A stretch of DNA of 64,000 nt from Nymphaea colorata. Its lineage: Eukaryota. Positions within the stretch are counted from its first letter, which is position 1, and each line of letters opens with the position of its first letter. Under the pieces are notes generated by a model, which had not been told where the DNA came from, searched no databases, and saw only the letters and a list, made by a program, of their open reading frames with translations. The stretch is from NCBI RefSeq assembly GCF_008831285.2, contig NC_045138.2, positions 38,812,001-38,876,000 on the forward strand, read 5' to 3'. The position numbers were made by a program, and so were the translations under genes. Of the stretch, positions 1-13,701 are shown piece by piece.

Positions 1-1156
1 CAAAAACTGTCTCTTCAGCCACATGTTGTCGTGTGCATCACCGGCCCACTTTTTATTCTGTGGTTAAGCTTCTGAAAGTTAGGGATAAGATTGATGTAAC
101 AAGCCAGAACCAAAAGAATAACAAAATATCCAAGATGAAGAGCAAGATGAGATTGAGAGAAAAACAGTAAAGAAATTCAATAATCAGGTTGGATTTGTGT
201 GGGTAACAGAATTTTGTTTAATAAATTTGTTGCATTTCTTCTGAGGAGAAGTTAACTTCTGTTGCTTTGGGTCAAAGAAATAATGACCATGACGTGGAAG
301 CACCACATAAGAGGAAGACTAAGACAGAATAGAGGAAAGCAAGTTGGAAATGATAAGAGTCAATATTAAGTGTCTAGTACATTTTTTATGTTATCCAAAC
401 TCCAAAGCTGAGATTCTCTAATCCATGCAACATCCAGATTGAATTAATAACACTCCAGACTCTCCAGCTTCTTATATGGTCCCAGTAGTGCATCCTTGAG
501 AATTCTTTTACTATGTTTCATTTTGATGAACCTCACGCTATGACTACCACTATTTGGTAATCCGTACACTTTCTTTCATAGTTTCATTCTTTTTTTTTTC
601 CATCTGACTTGCAACTAGATCGTGCCTCAGCAATTTGTTTCTGGGGAATCTATATCCTGACATACCATGACATTTTCGATACCTTTTGAAGAAAATACAC
701 ACGTTCTCAAAATATATAGGAACACTATCCTTTGTTCAGGACACTGGACATTGGCCGTCCAATTCTAATCCCTTTCTTTTAAGATAAAGTTAACAGCTGG
801 GCAGGCTATTGATATAAGCTGCAAAGGTGTATGGAATTATGGTGTTGATGAATCTTATTTGGTTGGCTGTCTTGGGCTTGTCTTTTGTGGGGCAAGACTG
901 CAAGTGCATGACATCGTATGCTTAAAAGGTTGCAGTTCATACCTTTAAAAAATAATATTTCTTGCGCCCCCACATGGATATTCATTTCAACAATAAATTG
1001 ACTATCTGCAGAGTTAGCAGTTGGCAATAAATAAATGAACTTATGGATTATCTGCATGTTGGTAAATATGAGTGAAGCTTTACACCAAAGTAGAATATCA
1101 GATGAAAAATAAACAAGAGAAACAAGCTCTTAGTAAGTTTACTAACCTTTTTCCAG

Positions 1157-4100
1157 GTGATAGAACATGTTGCCGATCCAGCAGAATTTTGCAATTCATT
1201 GGCAAATCTGACTTTAACCAATGGAGCAATGGTGGTATCAACAATCAACCGCTCAATGAGAGCATATGCAACAGCTATTGTTGCAGCAGAATACATCCTC
1301 CACTGGGTACTGCTTTATAACACAAAATTTGGAACATATTTTCTTTAGTTTTATTCAGTAAATGTTTTAAGAGCTTTGATATTTGCATGTCTTATTTGGC
1401 CTATGCACAATGTCCATGAAGGTTATGCTCCTTATGCCTTTCTCCACATAATTGACTCACCAGTTCTCAATACAGATCTTTGTTTTTAGAGTGTCTGCTG
1501 TCAATGGCTTTTGTAAGACAGGGTATTTTCAAGCTTCTTCATCTGTTCATCATGCCATTATGACTAGAAGAAGATTTGCAACCATGCTTTGACAACTAAC
1601 AAGAAATCATTCCTCCACTCCTTTTAGCATGAATTTTTGCAACATATATCATCTACTGAATTACGTTAACATGAAATTTTACTGGATCGTATGTTAAGTG
1701 GCATCTTCTTGTCAATAGGCTTTCTTAGTTATGAATCCTATGATCATGTCGGATAAGATCGCAATTCTTTGGAGAAGTATCTGATATTTAATATATTATT
1801 GTTGGATGATAATTTGGTAACCTTTGGCTGGTTTGCACCCAGCTTCAAGTGACTAGTTTATGGTGAGTAATTGAATAATGCTAAATATCCAGCCTTAGCA
1901 ACTTGGGCAAACGTTCAGAATTTGGAAGCTAGGTGTTTTGTTTTACAGCAAATAGGGGAGAAAGTGTACCATCCTTCTGGAATGGAACTTTCATGCTGGA
2001 GAAAAGGCCCAGACTAAACGAGGGTATACGGATGGATATATATGCATAGTGACTCATACATAGAGAGAGAGATTACCAATTAGAGCCAATAAAGTGTTGG
2101 TTGTGACAATCATTACCAGCATTCATGCAAAGAATTTGCGATACTTTGATTACCAAATTCATATAATATTGCTGTGTTTGGCTTGTCTTAGGGAACGTAA
2201 TTATTACTGTCAAGATGAGCTTGACTGTATAGTGCTTTCAAGTATCCACTTTGTTTCAGAAGCTTGCAAACCTATCCATTTGGAAAGAGAAAAATTGTGC
2301 TTCAATGTGCTATTTGTGTTGAAATTCGTTTTGAGCATGATGTATATTCTCCTCCTACAATACCCAAGTTTGTAACTCTGTAAGTTAGAAACTTTCAGGC
2401 TTGCAGGGGCTTCAGAAATCCCATGCATGACCATCTCTAAAGCCTTCTCATTCAGAATGAGCATGCATGACTGGAAAATCTGGGCCCTGTGCAAAGCTAC
2501 GTAACCTGACCATGTTCCATTTGGGCTTTTTTCTCATATCCCTTTGGAAAACACCTCAATCATCCATTTCCTTGTCAAATTGGTGTTTCGTACTGTTAGC
2601 CTCCCGCTAACACAGCAGGTTACAAGAGTAAGGCACCCTGCTAAAACACCTAAACACACCCACGCTGCCCTAATCCCTGATTAGGGTTCTGCGTCACCGG
2701 AGTGCCCAACGTTCAATACTTGCGATAAGCTTCAACCCAGGCCCCTTTGACCTATTTATAAGCATGTTTGGGTCAGCCTTAATGGGACCCAATCTATATC
2801 CCATATCTGGTTACTCACACGTTGTCACTAAGAACAATGCGTGAACATTATGATCTGTAACCTCTTTAAGGAGCTAGGAGTTTGTAAATTTTAAGCCAGA
2901 TCTCATTTGTCAAGGACCATGATAAACTTTCCTTGCCCTACATAATTAAAAAATTTGCACGTGTATGTCCCCGATTATCTACACATTTGACAGTATGACA
3001 GTTGATAACCTAATCCATGTACATGTTGCATGTCCCGGTTGGCAAATGTGACCTATAGCCTAGAGGAACATGGATGTTTTACATTGAAACAAATGAATGA
3101 CAGGACAATGGCTCCATGATTCTGTTATAATGTTCGTGGTAAAATGTTGTGGTAGCCTTCACCTCTTTTTATGTTTACATAGTTCTGTGAGAACATAAAA
3201 AATCGCAGGAGCTGATTTCCCTCAATATATGATTATAAACATATTATCATCCTCCATTTCCATTGGTTGATGATTCTCTTATTTTGCACATATTTGGAAA
3301 TATGACAAGCTAATCTGTTTGTGACCGTGCAGCTTCCAAAAGGCACACATCAGTGGACAAGTTTTCTCACTCCTGAAGAACTAGTTTTGCTCTTTCAACG
3401 TGCTTCACTATCTGTAATTTTCCTTCTTCAACGTTTTTTATGTCGCTTTAGAAGAAATTATACTTGGTATCTATGTCACATGGACACACCTGGAAGGGTG
3501 CTGCATCTGTGTCATCACAGCTGAACGTAGGTGCAGGTGGCACACCAGACTAATATTTTGTATTTTTCCGTCTACTTTGGTATTTTTCGTTTAGTAATTT
3601 ATATTTTATAAATACGAATAATAACTCTATGTGTTTATTTGTTTAAAATCTTATTGTTGCTATATTATATATATGGCCCTTGCACCCAAATTTTTTGAAA
3701 TTGCTTTTAGATCATGCCTGCACCTGTTCCTGTACTTGCACTCATAGATTGGTATGCATGTTCTTGAAGCATGCTATGACACCATGAAGATGGCTGTCTC
3801 CATACTGGTACTTGTACATATTTCCGTTTCCTGTTGGTCTGTGGCCCTGCACCAAGATGTCCAACGTTGTAATGCTTTCTTGGCTTCAAATCAATTTGTT
3901 CTTTCTATTTTCAAGAAGAAACCATAATTGGTTTGAGCATCCCAGCGTTGGGCACATCTTGGATTCAGGTCTAAAAAAGAAATCTAGTTGGTCGGAGATT
4001 TACTTATTTTTTTTGTTCGTCTAGAAAGCGTCCATGATGTGTTTGTATTCTAATTTGCTGCACAAATTGCTTTTCAGGTAAAGGAAATGGCTGGGTTCAC

Positions 4101-4200
4101 ATATAACCCAATAACTGGTCAATGGGCTCTTTCTGATGACGTGAATGTAAATTTTATTGCATTTGCTACCAAGAACACTAGATGTAATGGGCCCTCATAG
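1157..4200 (+). CDS. COQ3: Ubiquinone biosynthesis O-methyltransferase (COQ3), last three exons; 5' part lies upstream of the window
   Basis: Exons 1157-1306 (VIEHVADPAEFC...STINRSMRAYATAIVAAEYILHW), 3333-3413 (LPKGTHQWTSFLTPEEL) and 4078-4200 (VKEMAGFTYNPITGQWALSDDVNVNFIAF...TAG). All are GT-AG, phase 0. The VIEHV / STINR / LPKGTH motifs are typical of UbiG/COQ3. Confidence 0.93.
2594..2819 (-). mobile_element. Short solo-LTR/TRIM-like element in a COQ3 intron; same family as 23266-23481, opposite orientation
   Basis: Begins TGTTAG and ends CTCACA; flanks CGTAC/CGTTG (degenerate 5-bp TSD). Shares blocks (gattagggtt, cctatttata, cagcct-aatgg-accca, atctggt) with the reverse complement of 23266-23481. 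Confidence 0.55.
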
Positions 4201-4637
4201 CTAATAAACTTTTCGTAGGCGTATTTTTTCTTGTTTCTACTTGTTTCATAGTTGATAAATCCATATTATACTTATAGCTTCTTTTGGGCAAAGTAGCTTG
4301 GAAAAGTGCAGCGTGCAAAAATATAGTGAAATTTTCAAATATAGCCGTATCCTGATATTGTTAAAGTAGATTGCATTCCTCCTATAGTTAACCAAAAAGA
4401 CCCAAGAATTATCTTCCACCAGGTTTGCTGTTAAGCGGGTGGTAGACCTAGCATTGGCCCATGTAACACAAGAACACAAAATGATTGGTCTTCGTGAAGA
4501 AGATTTAGATATATATATTTTTTTTGATAAAGGAAAAGATGATAAGGAGCTGCTAGTGAAGACCTGAAGAAAATCAAAGCCCAATAGCCACAGGAAATAA
4601 ACTTAGCCTATTTCGAAGGTATTCTAGTCATCTCAAT

Positions 4638-4921
4638 CAATGTTATAGAATCGGCCTCGATCAGTCGATTCAAATCGAAATGGTGGCAAATCGATTCAAT
4701 TCTACAGCTGATTCCATTGAGTCACATGTTTAAGTTTTCACTATCTTTTCAATGTAATGTAATTTTTTTACTTTTAACTATTTTCTGTACGCTTATCTAT
4801 TTTTTCAAAAAATAACTTTTTAATATTGTTATCAGCTTAACAAATTTCACCTGCGTCACTGAATTGGTCGTGATCAGCAGCCTTGCCAATTTTGATTCAC
4901 AAACCTATTTGTATAACGATG
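4638..4921. mobile_element. hAT-type MITE
   Basis: Imperfect TIRs CAATGTTATAGAA / TTGTATAACGATG, flanked by 8-bp direct repeats ATCTCAAT / ATCTCAAC; AT-rich core. Confidence 0.55.
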
Positions 4922-6140
4922 ATCTCAACCGTCAACTGACTTGAGTTGCGAGTCTCAATAAGCTAAACTAGTTTGAACTAGTGGAAGAAAAACTTCAATG
5001 CATTTTTAACAACATTTACACCTAAATTGAGTATCAAAAAGACTGTAGGTGACAATTTGAAAATGTCTCCAAATATTAAAATTACTAAAGGCAGGAATTC
5101 GGAAATTACTATCAAACTGCTAAATTTGTACGAGAGACGCCTCATCTCAAGCGCTTTAACCTAAAACATTAAATATGTGCATGCTTTTATCATTTCTTCA
5201 AAAGCCACTTGTTTAAAGCTCGAAATTAGTATTAAAGGCAATAAGATATAAAATTGGTAAAAGCGGCCTTCTGTATTTTGTTGATAGCGTGACACGGACA
5301 GGTTCCAATTCCATGCCCGGTGGAGGAGAGTATTTTGGTCATTTTCATCTCCGAGCCAACACGAGAACTCATGTTCCACCTTTTCATTGGAGGGCATTTT
5401 TGTTTTTACACCAGGCTCTTATTTTTGGATTCCATTTTTGCCCTTACAGGGAATCTTCGTCATTTCACCACGAATGGCATTTTCATCATTTCCAGACCCT
5501 AGCATACTGTAACATGTTATCAGTGACTAACATATAACCTGTTCTATAACACACTTTGGAATTAAAATTTTAAATTTACCGCTTACATTTTTTATTTTTG
5601 TCGCTAATAACATGTTGCGCTGCTTCAAAAGGGCGAACGCTCTGTGCACATAAGCGTGGAGACAGAAAGAGAGATCAACCAAGATGTACTGCCGATAATT
5701 TTGGCATGCATGACAGATTTATGAGCGCTTTTCAGTTTTACGCAATTTCCAATGTAAGGTTGCTGAGAGCCAGCTCCCAACCTTTATTACTTGTTTTCCA
5801 ATAAAGCAGTTAACTCAATTTCACCCTGTTTGCAGACAAAAACAGAACCACTTGGCTAAATATAAAGGGGGTAGAAAAGAACAAAGAAAAAGAATACCGT
5901 CTGCGGAAAAGCGCAGGGCTAATAAGAAGAATAATGAAAATGACAAATTCGCGTGCTATAGTTATCTCCATGAGCAGCCAAGAAATAAAATCCAATGAAA
6001 TGACAAATTTTGCATTATGGTTATTCCTATCTGAAGCCAATAAAATTTACATATGAACAAGGGAGAACCCTGACGAGCACAAAGAATGCGAAACAATCCA
6101 AACATGAGAAGATTATCTCAAAGAATAGCAAACTTTAACC

Positions 6141-9100
6141 TCAGTAGTTCAGTAACGAGTACTTTACACGCAGCACAATCTTCCCCTTGTCAACTCCAAG
6201 TTTAGCTCCAGTGACCAACCAATGCCCCGGCACATCTTGTGGCCCCTTGGTCATTTCCGTTAGGTCCACAATTTTGTTGAACTTACCAGCTTGTAAGCTT
6301 GCAGCCTCAGGCTTTTTGTCTTCAACCTTCCTCGTAAGATCTGTTGAGGAGGTTGATGAAGATGAAGAAGCATCGACAAGTCTCTGACAAGCAGTTCTAG
6401 GATTATGGTCCCAGACAGACCTTCTTATTGTACACCCTGGAACTCTTGAGAACAACAATTTCAGGAACAGGACACTCTTGGCTCCAAAATCCCAAACACC
6501 AAGTTGAGCACCGGTGACAATATGAACACCAGATAAGTCACCAATGCAGGACTCCGTGTGCTCAATTGGGGCGGTGCTAACATGAGAGAAGTTCTTCCAT
6601 TTCACAGGCTCAAACCACCTGCTGTCCTGCTCTTCGGGGCCCTGCCACTTGGGCGCTCCAATAGCCACATGAGTGTCCCAGTGAGGTTGTAAAATTTTTG
6701 GCAAGGATGCCAAATGTTGCAAATGAATTGACAGCCGGTTCTGCTTGCTTCCTTCAAGGCAGAGCCTAAGCCCAGTCACTGGTTTACGCCCAACTGAGAC
6801 CTGTAAAGTATCAGGCTCGATTCAGGATTTCAAATTGTTAATGTTATCATTGTCAAATGAAAAGCTCAATATAAAAGGACACTTCGTCAAATTGAGCATG
6901 CACCAGATCATCATGACTCCAGGAGACGTATGCAAGCTTCAGAGGTACAATAGTCCTGAAAATCCATTCAAAACCTCTACAATCTGTTCTATCGCGTTAT
7001 GTGTAACACAGTAACCATCATATTAAAAAATTCCCGATGTTGAAAACTGCCAGCTGTGCTTTTCGGGAGACAAATTTGAAAGATCTTTCTGCTCACATAT
7101 GGTTGCTAGGCTTTGCCTATGTTGCAGGGATACTCCATCCAGACTCGTTCTAAATTCCTTTACATTAAATTATTTTTAAAACTTCACAAAGACGGTTGGT
7201 TCCCTATATTTTCACTATCATCTATATGAAATAGGTCAGGCACTCAAAACGTACAGGTCATTCACTCAAAACATGGACATGACTAACTAAACGGCCTTTT
7301 TCTTTTTTGTTGATGGGGTTTTTGGGGTGGGTATATACAGTTATTCACGACATCACATGCTTGAACTGTTGGATGGCATTTGAGAAGTTTGACCAAACAC
7401 CCAAGATTCATAAATACTTCATAAACACCACTGTCTATTAACCATTCTGTTGACATTCTTGTACATAAATTTTTCATGTGTTTATGCAAAAAAATAATTA
7501 TCAGAATATGTCAACAAATACCAGGAAAAAGTTTGATACCTGCTCGGAACTAACAAAAAGTTTTGCACCCATCAGGCTGAACTGCAAAGATGGACAAACA
7601 GGTTCTTTTCTTGGTCCAGGAAGTGCATTTTGAATTGGCGCCCATACACGTGGGATTTGAAATTCCAGAAAGTACTGCAGCTCCTCTATGGGTGGTTTGT
7701 CTGCATATATCATGGAAAACGCCTTACAGCCATTCCAGGAGAAAGAAAAAGGCACTATTTGCATAACTGTAGAACACAAACAATGTGGAGCAATATCCAG
7801 CATCAACCTCGTAACCTGGACTCATGAAAAATGAGTTCACAGCTTCAAAAAACAAAAGTTCAAAGGCCAGCTCGTTTAAGGAACTGCAATCATGAAGGAT
7901 CATTCGGTACCATCTTTCAGCATTGTAGCACAGATGCACATTATCAAGGCCATGACGGCCCAAGATTTAAGCAGCCCCAGTTGGGGAATTTCATTCCTCA
8001 AAATGCATTGATCAGAAGTACTGTTACCTCTAACATTGGTCAAATGGGGGTAGATAGAATGGGAATACCACATCAGTGTCAAACGGTGTAATGTGTTTTT
8101 TGCATGGTGGTATGCACGTGAAGAGGGGTAGCAGCAAGCCGTTTGAGGAAAATGGCAGCTTGATTAAATGGAGAGCACATAGCAATATTTGGTCATTAGC
8201 AAGTAGGCTTTATTATTTTGTGACTTATTCTCAATCCCTCATGGGTATCTTATGGAGAGGTGAGCTTAAAAAACTTTTTGCACCTCTTGTCAATTCTAGT
8301 TCCTTCTCTAGCAACCTTACACAAGTATCAAGACATTTTCAACCACAAAGAACAATCTTAAAACATGTGATGTAGTGCCACAGATAAACTATTGATAACG
8401 GAAATTGTTATATACTGAACAGGTGCTTCCAAATGGTCAACATGCACAAGTGGAGTATTTTGATGAATAAGCAGTCAACTTATGTAAAAGTTCAGTTATT
8501 AACGACAAAATGCAAGAAACTGATATACAATTAGCATACATATTTCCAAATGTTCAATTGTGAATACATGGTAATGCTTTAACAATTATCTAATGAATGA
8601 GTAGCCAGCTTAGTCTACAAGAAAAAACTCAAGGTGGGCAGATTAGAAAGATTAATTTTAATCCCAGCAAATAGGTGGATTCATTTCCTATAATTGAGAC
8701 TTCCATACAATCTCAAAGAAATTGCTTTCAATAGATGGTGGAGTGTGCATGGCCGAACTTGGAAAGGAAGGAAAGGAACTGTTGCTCCACTAGCATAAGG
8801 GATACAAAAAAGTGGTTCAGTGAGCAACCAATATCCACTCAAGCTATTCACCAAATAGTCATAACATAAAGAACATGGGCTATTGTTTCTTACACTCTAA
8901 ATAAAGCTCAATAGCACGTTTAAGGTGCTTTGTTCCCGGTACTTCACCAAGCAGGGAGGAAATAGGCAAGAAGGTCATGTTGATGACATCAGGTGCAGAA
9001 GTTACAGTCGTTGCCCATTTCGTATGACTTTGAACAAGATCATCACCTCCTCTCCGCCTGAAAATGACTGTAACATCCTGCAGCCAATGTGTAGATTTGC

Positions 9101-12100
9101 TCAATCAAGTATTAACCATACTATGATGGAAAATGTTAGCTTATAATCACGACATAATTACCAATAAACATACATGCATTAACCTCTAGTTGTTAAGAGT
9201 GAAAAACGAATTAATCTAGTCGATCATTGAAGGCATATAATACAATAAAAGTAATAATGTACGTCACATACTTGACTACACAATGACCCACTTTTTTTTT
9301 ATTTGGTAATACAGACTCATCAAGAAAGGTCAAAATCCAGACAGTTACCTCTTTGCCACTTGGGTTTAGAGCACCCAGAGGCTGAGGATGTACTTCTTGG
9401 CTATTGAAATTGAATTGATCTGCAACCTGTAAGCTTAATTAATTAATAGTAACCTCAAAAGGATACAGCTTTTTGGACCAAAACAGTCTGATTTGGACAT
9501 GAAAGTAGAGAATATAACAGAAAATTAAAACAAATGCCACTGAACTAGCCTTGTCCTTGGATTTGAGTGGACCTGAGCTATGCTGACCCTCAAAGTCCGA
9601 AAACCTCTGTTCACCAATTTCTTTTATATAGTTGCTTATTTCAGGTGGTGACAGCAAAGAAGAATGATGCTGTTTGACATAGACCACATCTCTACCACCA
9701 ATTGTGATAGATGTAATAACATGTGTACCAAAGCTCTCGATAAAACTGAAAAGAAGAAAATAATGTATTAGTTAGAAATGAAAAGAAAAGCAACAACAAA
9801 TCTTTTGATTTATTTACTTACCTTGCCAAGGATGATGGTTCCCATGTCTGTGGAACAGCACGTCTAACATCTTCCCGCAAAACCAAATCAGTTTTCTCCA
9901 ACTTTACATGAAAATGTGAAATGAATAAGCCGTCCATGGCAAGGGATTTTGTAGCAGCTGCATCTGCTTGCCAAGAACCAGTAAAGTTGAACATTGCATT
10001 GAAGCTACCAAGAGGATTACTGCCAGATATATCTGCCAGCTCGTTGAAATACTCTGCCATCTGAAAGCAAGAGAGGCTGAATCAAGATTAACAGTCATCA
10101 CCAAATCTTGCATAAGATTTTCACCTTCCATCTAGTTTAACTAGAAATGTCCAAGCCCGAACAACACCAAAAGGAAAAACTCAGAAACACCTTGCATGTA
10201 CAACTTCAAGAAAAGCACCAAATGTATGCAAAATACAAACAGTTTCAATTTTCATATTACAAAAAAAAAGAAAAAAAGAAAAAAGAGCTTTTTCTCATTT
10301 CTCAAAATGGGTTGGTTGCAGGGGACCTAGTTGCAGCCATGAGCCACAGCTTCATTCAACCGAGTTCTTGAGATGAAAAATAACCTAGCATAAAAAGCAA
10401 CGAAGTAGAAAAAAACTGATAATTATAATAGTGATCCATACACTTCATAGCCATTTGAACCCTGCCTTGACAAGGAGCTGGTATTGTTCATGACAGCTTA
10501 GAATGGAAGAGGTTCAGTGAAATTGTATAACCTTCTCTCCACAATTTCTGTTCTTAATCTTCATCCGCAGCATGAGGTTGGCAAGTCATGGAGCAAACCA
10601 ACAGAATCAGTCATGTGTTGAGAAAAATCTCACCTTCAATTTTGAAGCTTGCATCCTTTCGTTCCTAGAGGATAGTGCCCAAGAATAATCATGGAGGAGA
10701 AAAACACATGATGTTACGGTATATTTTAGTGCCAATCTCTCACTAAATCACTACTAATATACACATCAACATTAACTATGTTTAGTAACCTACATATGTT
10801 CTACTCTCAAAGCCTCCACAGTGATTTCTCACTTGAACACTTCTCAATTTGCCTCCTTCACACAGGCTTCCTTATGTTTAGTAACCTACATATGTTCTAC
10901 TCTCAAAGCCTCCCCATTGATTTCTCACCTGAACACTTCTCACTTTGCCTCCTTCACACAGGCTTCCTTTTACTTTTTAGTACCTATCAGCATTGTCTCT
11001 CCTTTATCTTAGCACTCCTGTCCCATCCAAAACAAAAGCTTCTGATCCACCTAGGGTGTGCATGCTTGCTTGATCCCCTATGTCATTGCTTCTATGTTAT
11101 ATTTCAAAACATGAATGCTCGTCTCCTGGCTTTTTGCTCAACAAATCTGCCTTTTCTGCAATCTTAATTAGCCCTCCCATACCAGCCACCATGTTTCATG
11201 CACCCAGCGGTTCAATTCCTTGTCTGAAAATATCTTGCCCACTGATGAAGAAATTGAAACATTTTAAACTACATTTCCATCTTCTCTTGGGAGTAAGTGT
11301 AGTAAGAGCCCCGCCACTGTGGAAAAAACTGATTGTTATGCCAATGTTTTTACCAAGGCTATTGCAATTCTTTGAAGGTATAATTCACCCAGAAGATTTC
11401 AACATCTTCCATGCATTCAACAAGGTAGCATATTTTGCTTGCTTGGATATGGAGCTTTGCAAGGAAATATAGCTTTAACCCTACATCTTTCCTGACCAAT
11501 TTACACCATCTGTCATAGTTGGTCGGTAACATCTCTGTCGTCTCATAAGACCAGTTAGTAGGCCTAACATATGCAAGCCTGAACTGGATGAAGCCAAAGC
11601 TGTCGCCTCAAAAATGCACTGTTCACAGAGAAATGGAACTCAGTGCAAAGCTTTCATGATTTCCTACCACCTCTTCTCTATAGAGCTTGCACATCTTCCT
11701 TGCCAAAATACTTTAGATCAAAATTAAGGACTTGGCCGTAGGTTCATGATTGTATGATATTCTCTTGCCCTCATAAATAGTTTTAGCTCAGATGACACAA
11801 AAACAAATAGATATTCAAACTGATGATTCATGATTCTAGATGAAGATATCTACTCATCTAACGTGTGGCACGGTCATGTAACATTCGTAGAGCAACATGA
11901 AATGTGAATTTCTTAATGCTATTGGTCACAATAAAACCCCATGACTTTGTGATGGATAGGATAACAAAACCCAACTCGTGTATACTCTAGTATATCTCAA
12001 AGGTCAACCAAGGCAAAAACAAAACCACTGCTATATTTGAAGGCATAACATTATTATAAAAAAAAAAAACATTCCACCAAAAGCAGGTAAAAAAGAGAGA

Positions 12101-13701
12101 TTAGGTCCCAAGAGACGTGCCAGATTGTCGTTACTGATGTTTGAACAGTTCTTTTAGTATGTTGACAGATTTGTGTACCGCAGACACATTATCAAGAAGA
12201 ATGATGCTACTTTTCATATGCCAGGCAAGTGGAGCAGTTGTATTGAAAAGGCAAATAAAATTTCTTGATGTCTTATTTAGTCTTTTATGCAACATCATCT
12301 CTTGACGTTATCGGCTATACATAAAATTTCACATGACTGTTGCTTGCTCAAAATTCGTTACATTTGAAAATTGAGATATGCCCGAAGAGGTAGAAAGAAA
12401 TGCATAATGCATCCAATAAAGGAAACTGAGATCATGAACATCAAGTGATTTCTTTATAGATCATCGATGACAAAATTGAGAGTGACATATTGAACACTAA
12501 TTCATGGCAGCTTCCTTTCCACCTTAACTTTGAAAGGCTTGCTAGCATCTTTGTAAAAGAAAAGCAAATCAGATTTGGTTCCCTCAATTTAAAATGTAAT
12601 TCTGAGAACAGGCTTGTAAAATGGCGTACTCTGCATATTCCAGTGAAACCATATCCACTTCATCCCAGGTTAAGAAGCACGTGTTTAATTTATTTGCCTA
12701 GTTTTCTCTTCCTTTTTCCTTGTTGAAGAGAAAGACGTGTAACACTGCTTCCCAATCTGCATCCAATTGCATGAACACGCAATCTCCAGCATATTCAACA
12801 TCGTGACTCGTTCTAGACATACATAGCGGTGGCATCCTTTCCCGAGCATACACTCGATTTGGTAAGACCAGCATGACAAAACAAATGGTTTATGCCAAAA
12901 ATGCTATTTGCTCACAAGCTGTATTTTCACCTCCTACCGCCTTGTAAGTTGGAACAACAAGGATAGAAAAACGAGCTGCATATTATCTAGTTCTCCTGAA
13001 AGCGTTTATGCAGCGGAATCCACAATCCAGAAGACGATAAACAAGCTAAAAAAAAAAAGGAGTCCTACAACTTCGTCAAGGATAAACTAAAGTACAAATG
13101 AAAGTGTGATCCAACCCCAGCATACCAATCTGACTAGAAAACAAACACTGAAGGGGGAAGGGAAAAAAAAACTCCTTTATTGGCGAACTTGCACTTGTTA
13201 AAATAGTATCGATTATCAAAACCACCTAACTGATGATCTGCGTTTAAGACAAAGTTGGTCGCCCAAGAAGGACTGATCAGAAGAAAAAAAGATCAACTAC
13301 CAACTAAGCGCGTGGAAGATCTCCAACGAAGGAGAAGAATGTAATGAGAAAACAAACCATGTGGATTCCGGGGGGAACCGAAAAATGGCCAATCAAGAGA
13401 TGGAAACCAAGGAAACGGAGAAGAAAGATCTCCATACCTCATGGAAGGAATACACGCTAGTGCTCTGCCGCTTTGTGTCCCCACCGCAGAAGTCGATGTC
13501 GATGTCGATGGATACGTCGGGAACGACTAGGGAAGGGGAGAAGGAGAGATCCCGGGTGTGCTGCTCGTCGATGTGAACGAGGCGAGAGCCATGGACGCCC
13601 TTGCAGTAGAGGAGGCGTATGTCGGAGGTGACATCGAAGCCCCGACCGAGCGCCTGTATGGAGTTGACAACTGTGGTGTACGACGGCGGCTTCCCGTCCA
13701 T
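6141..13701 (-). CDS. CAD1: MACPF domain protein, CAD1 (constitutively activated cell death 1)-like, ~593 aa, 7 exons
   Basis: Exons 13701-13438, 10060-9822, 9745-9550, 9426-9349, 9077-8894, 7700-7540 and 6800-6141 join in frame (1782 nt). Motifs ALGRGFDVTSDIRLLYCKG, FIESFGTHVITSITIGGRD, VIFRRRGGDD, YKPPIEELQYFL and C-terminal GHWLVTGAKLGVDKGKIVLRVKYSLLNY match plant CAD1-type MACPF proteins. Intron 3 probably has a GC donor. Confidence 0.92.
10777..10968. repeat. Tandem duplication, 2 x 96 bp, in MACPF intron 1
   Basis: TATGTTTAGTAACCTACATATG...CACAGGCTTCCT occurs at 10777 and again at 10873 with a few substitutions. Confidence 0.9.
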
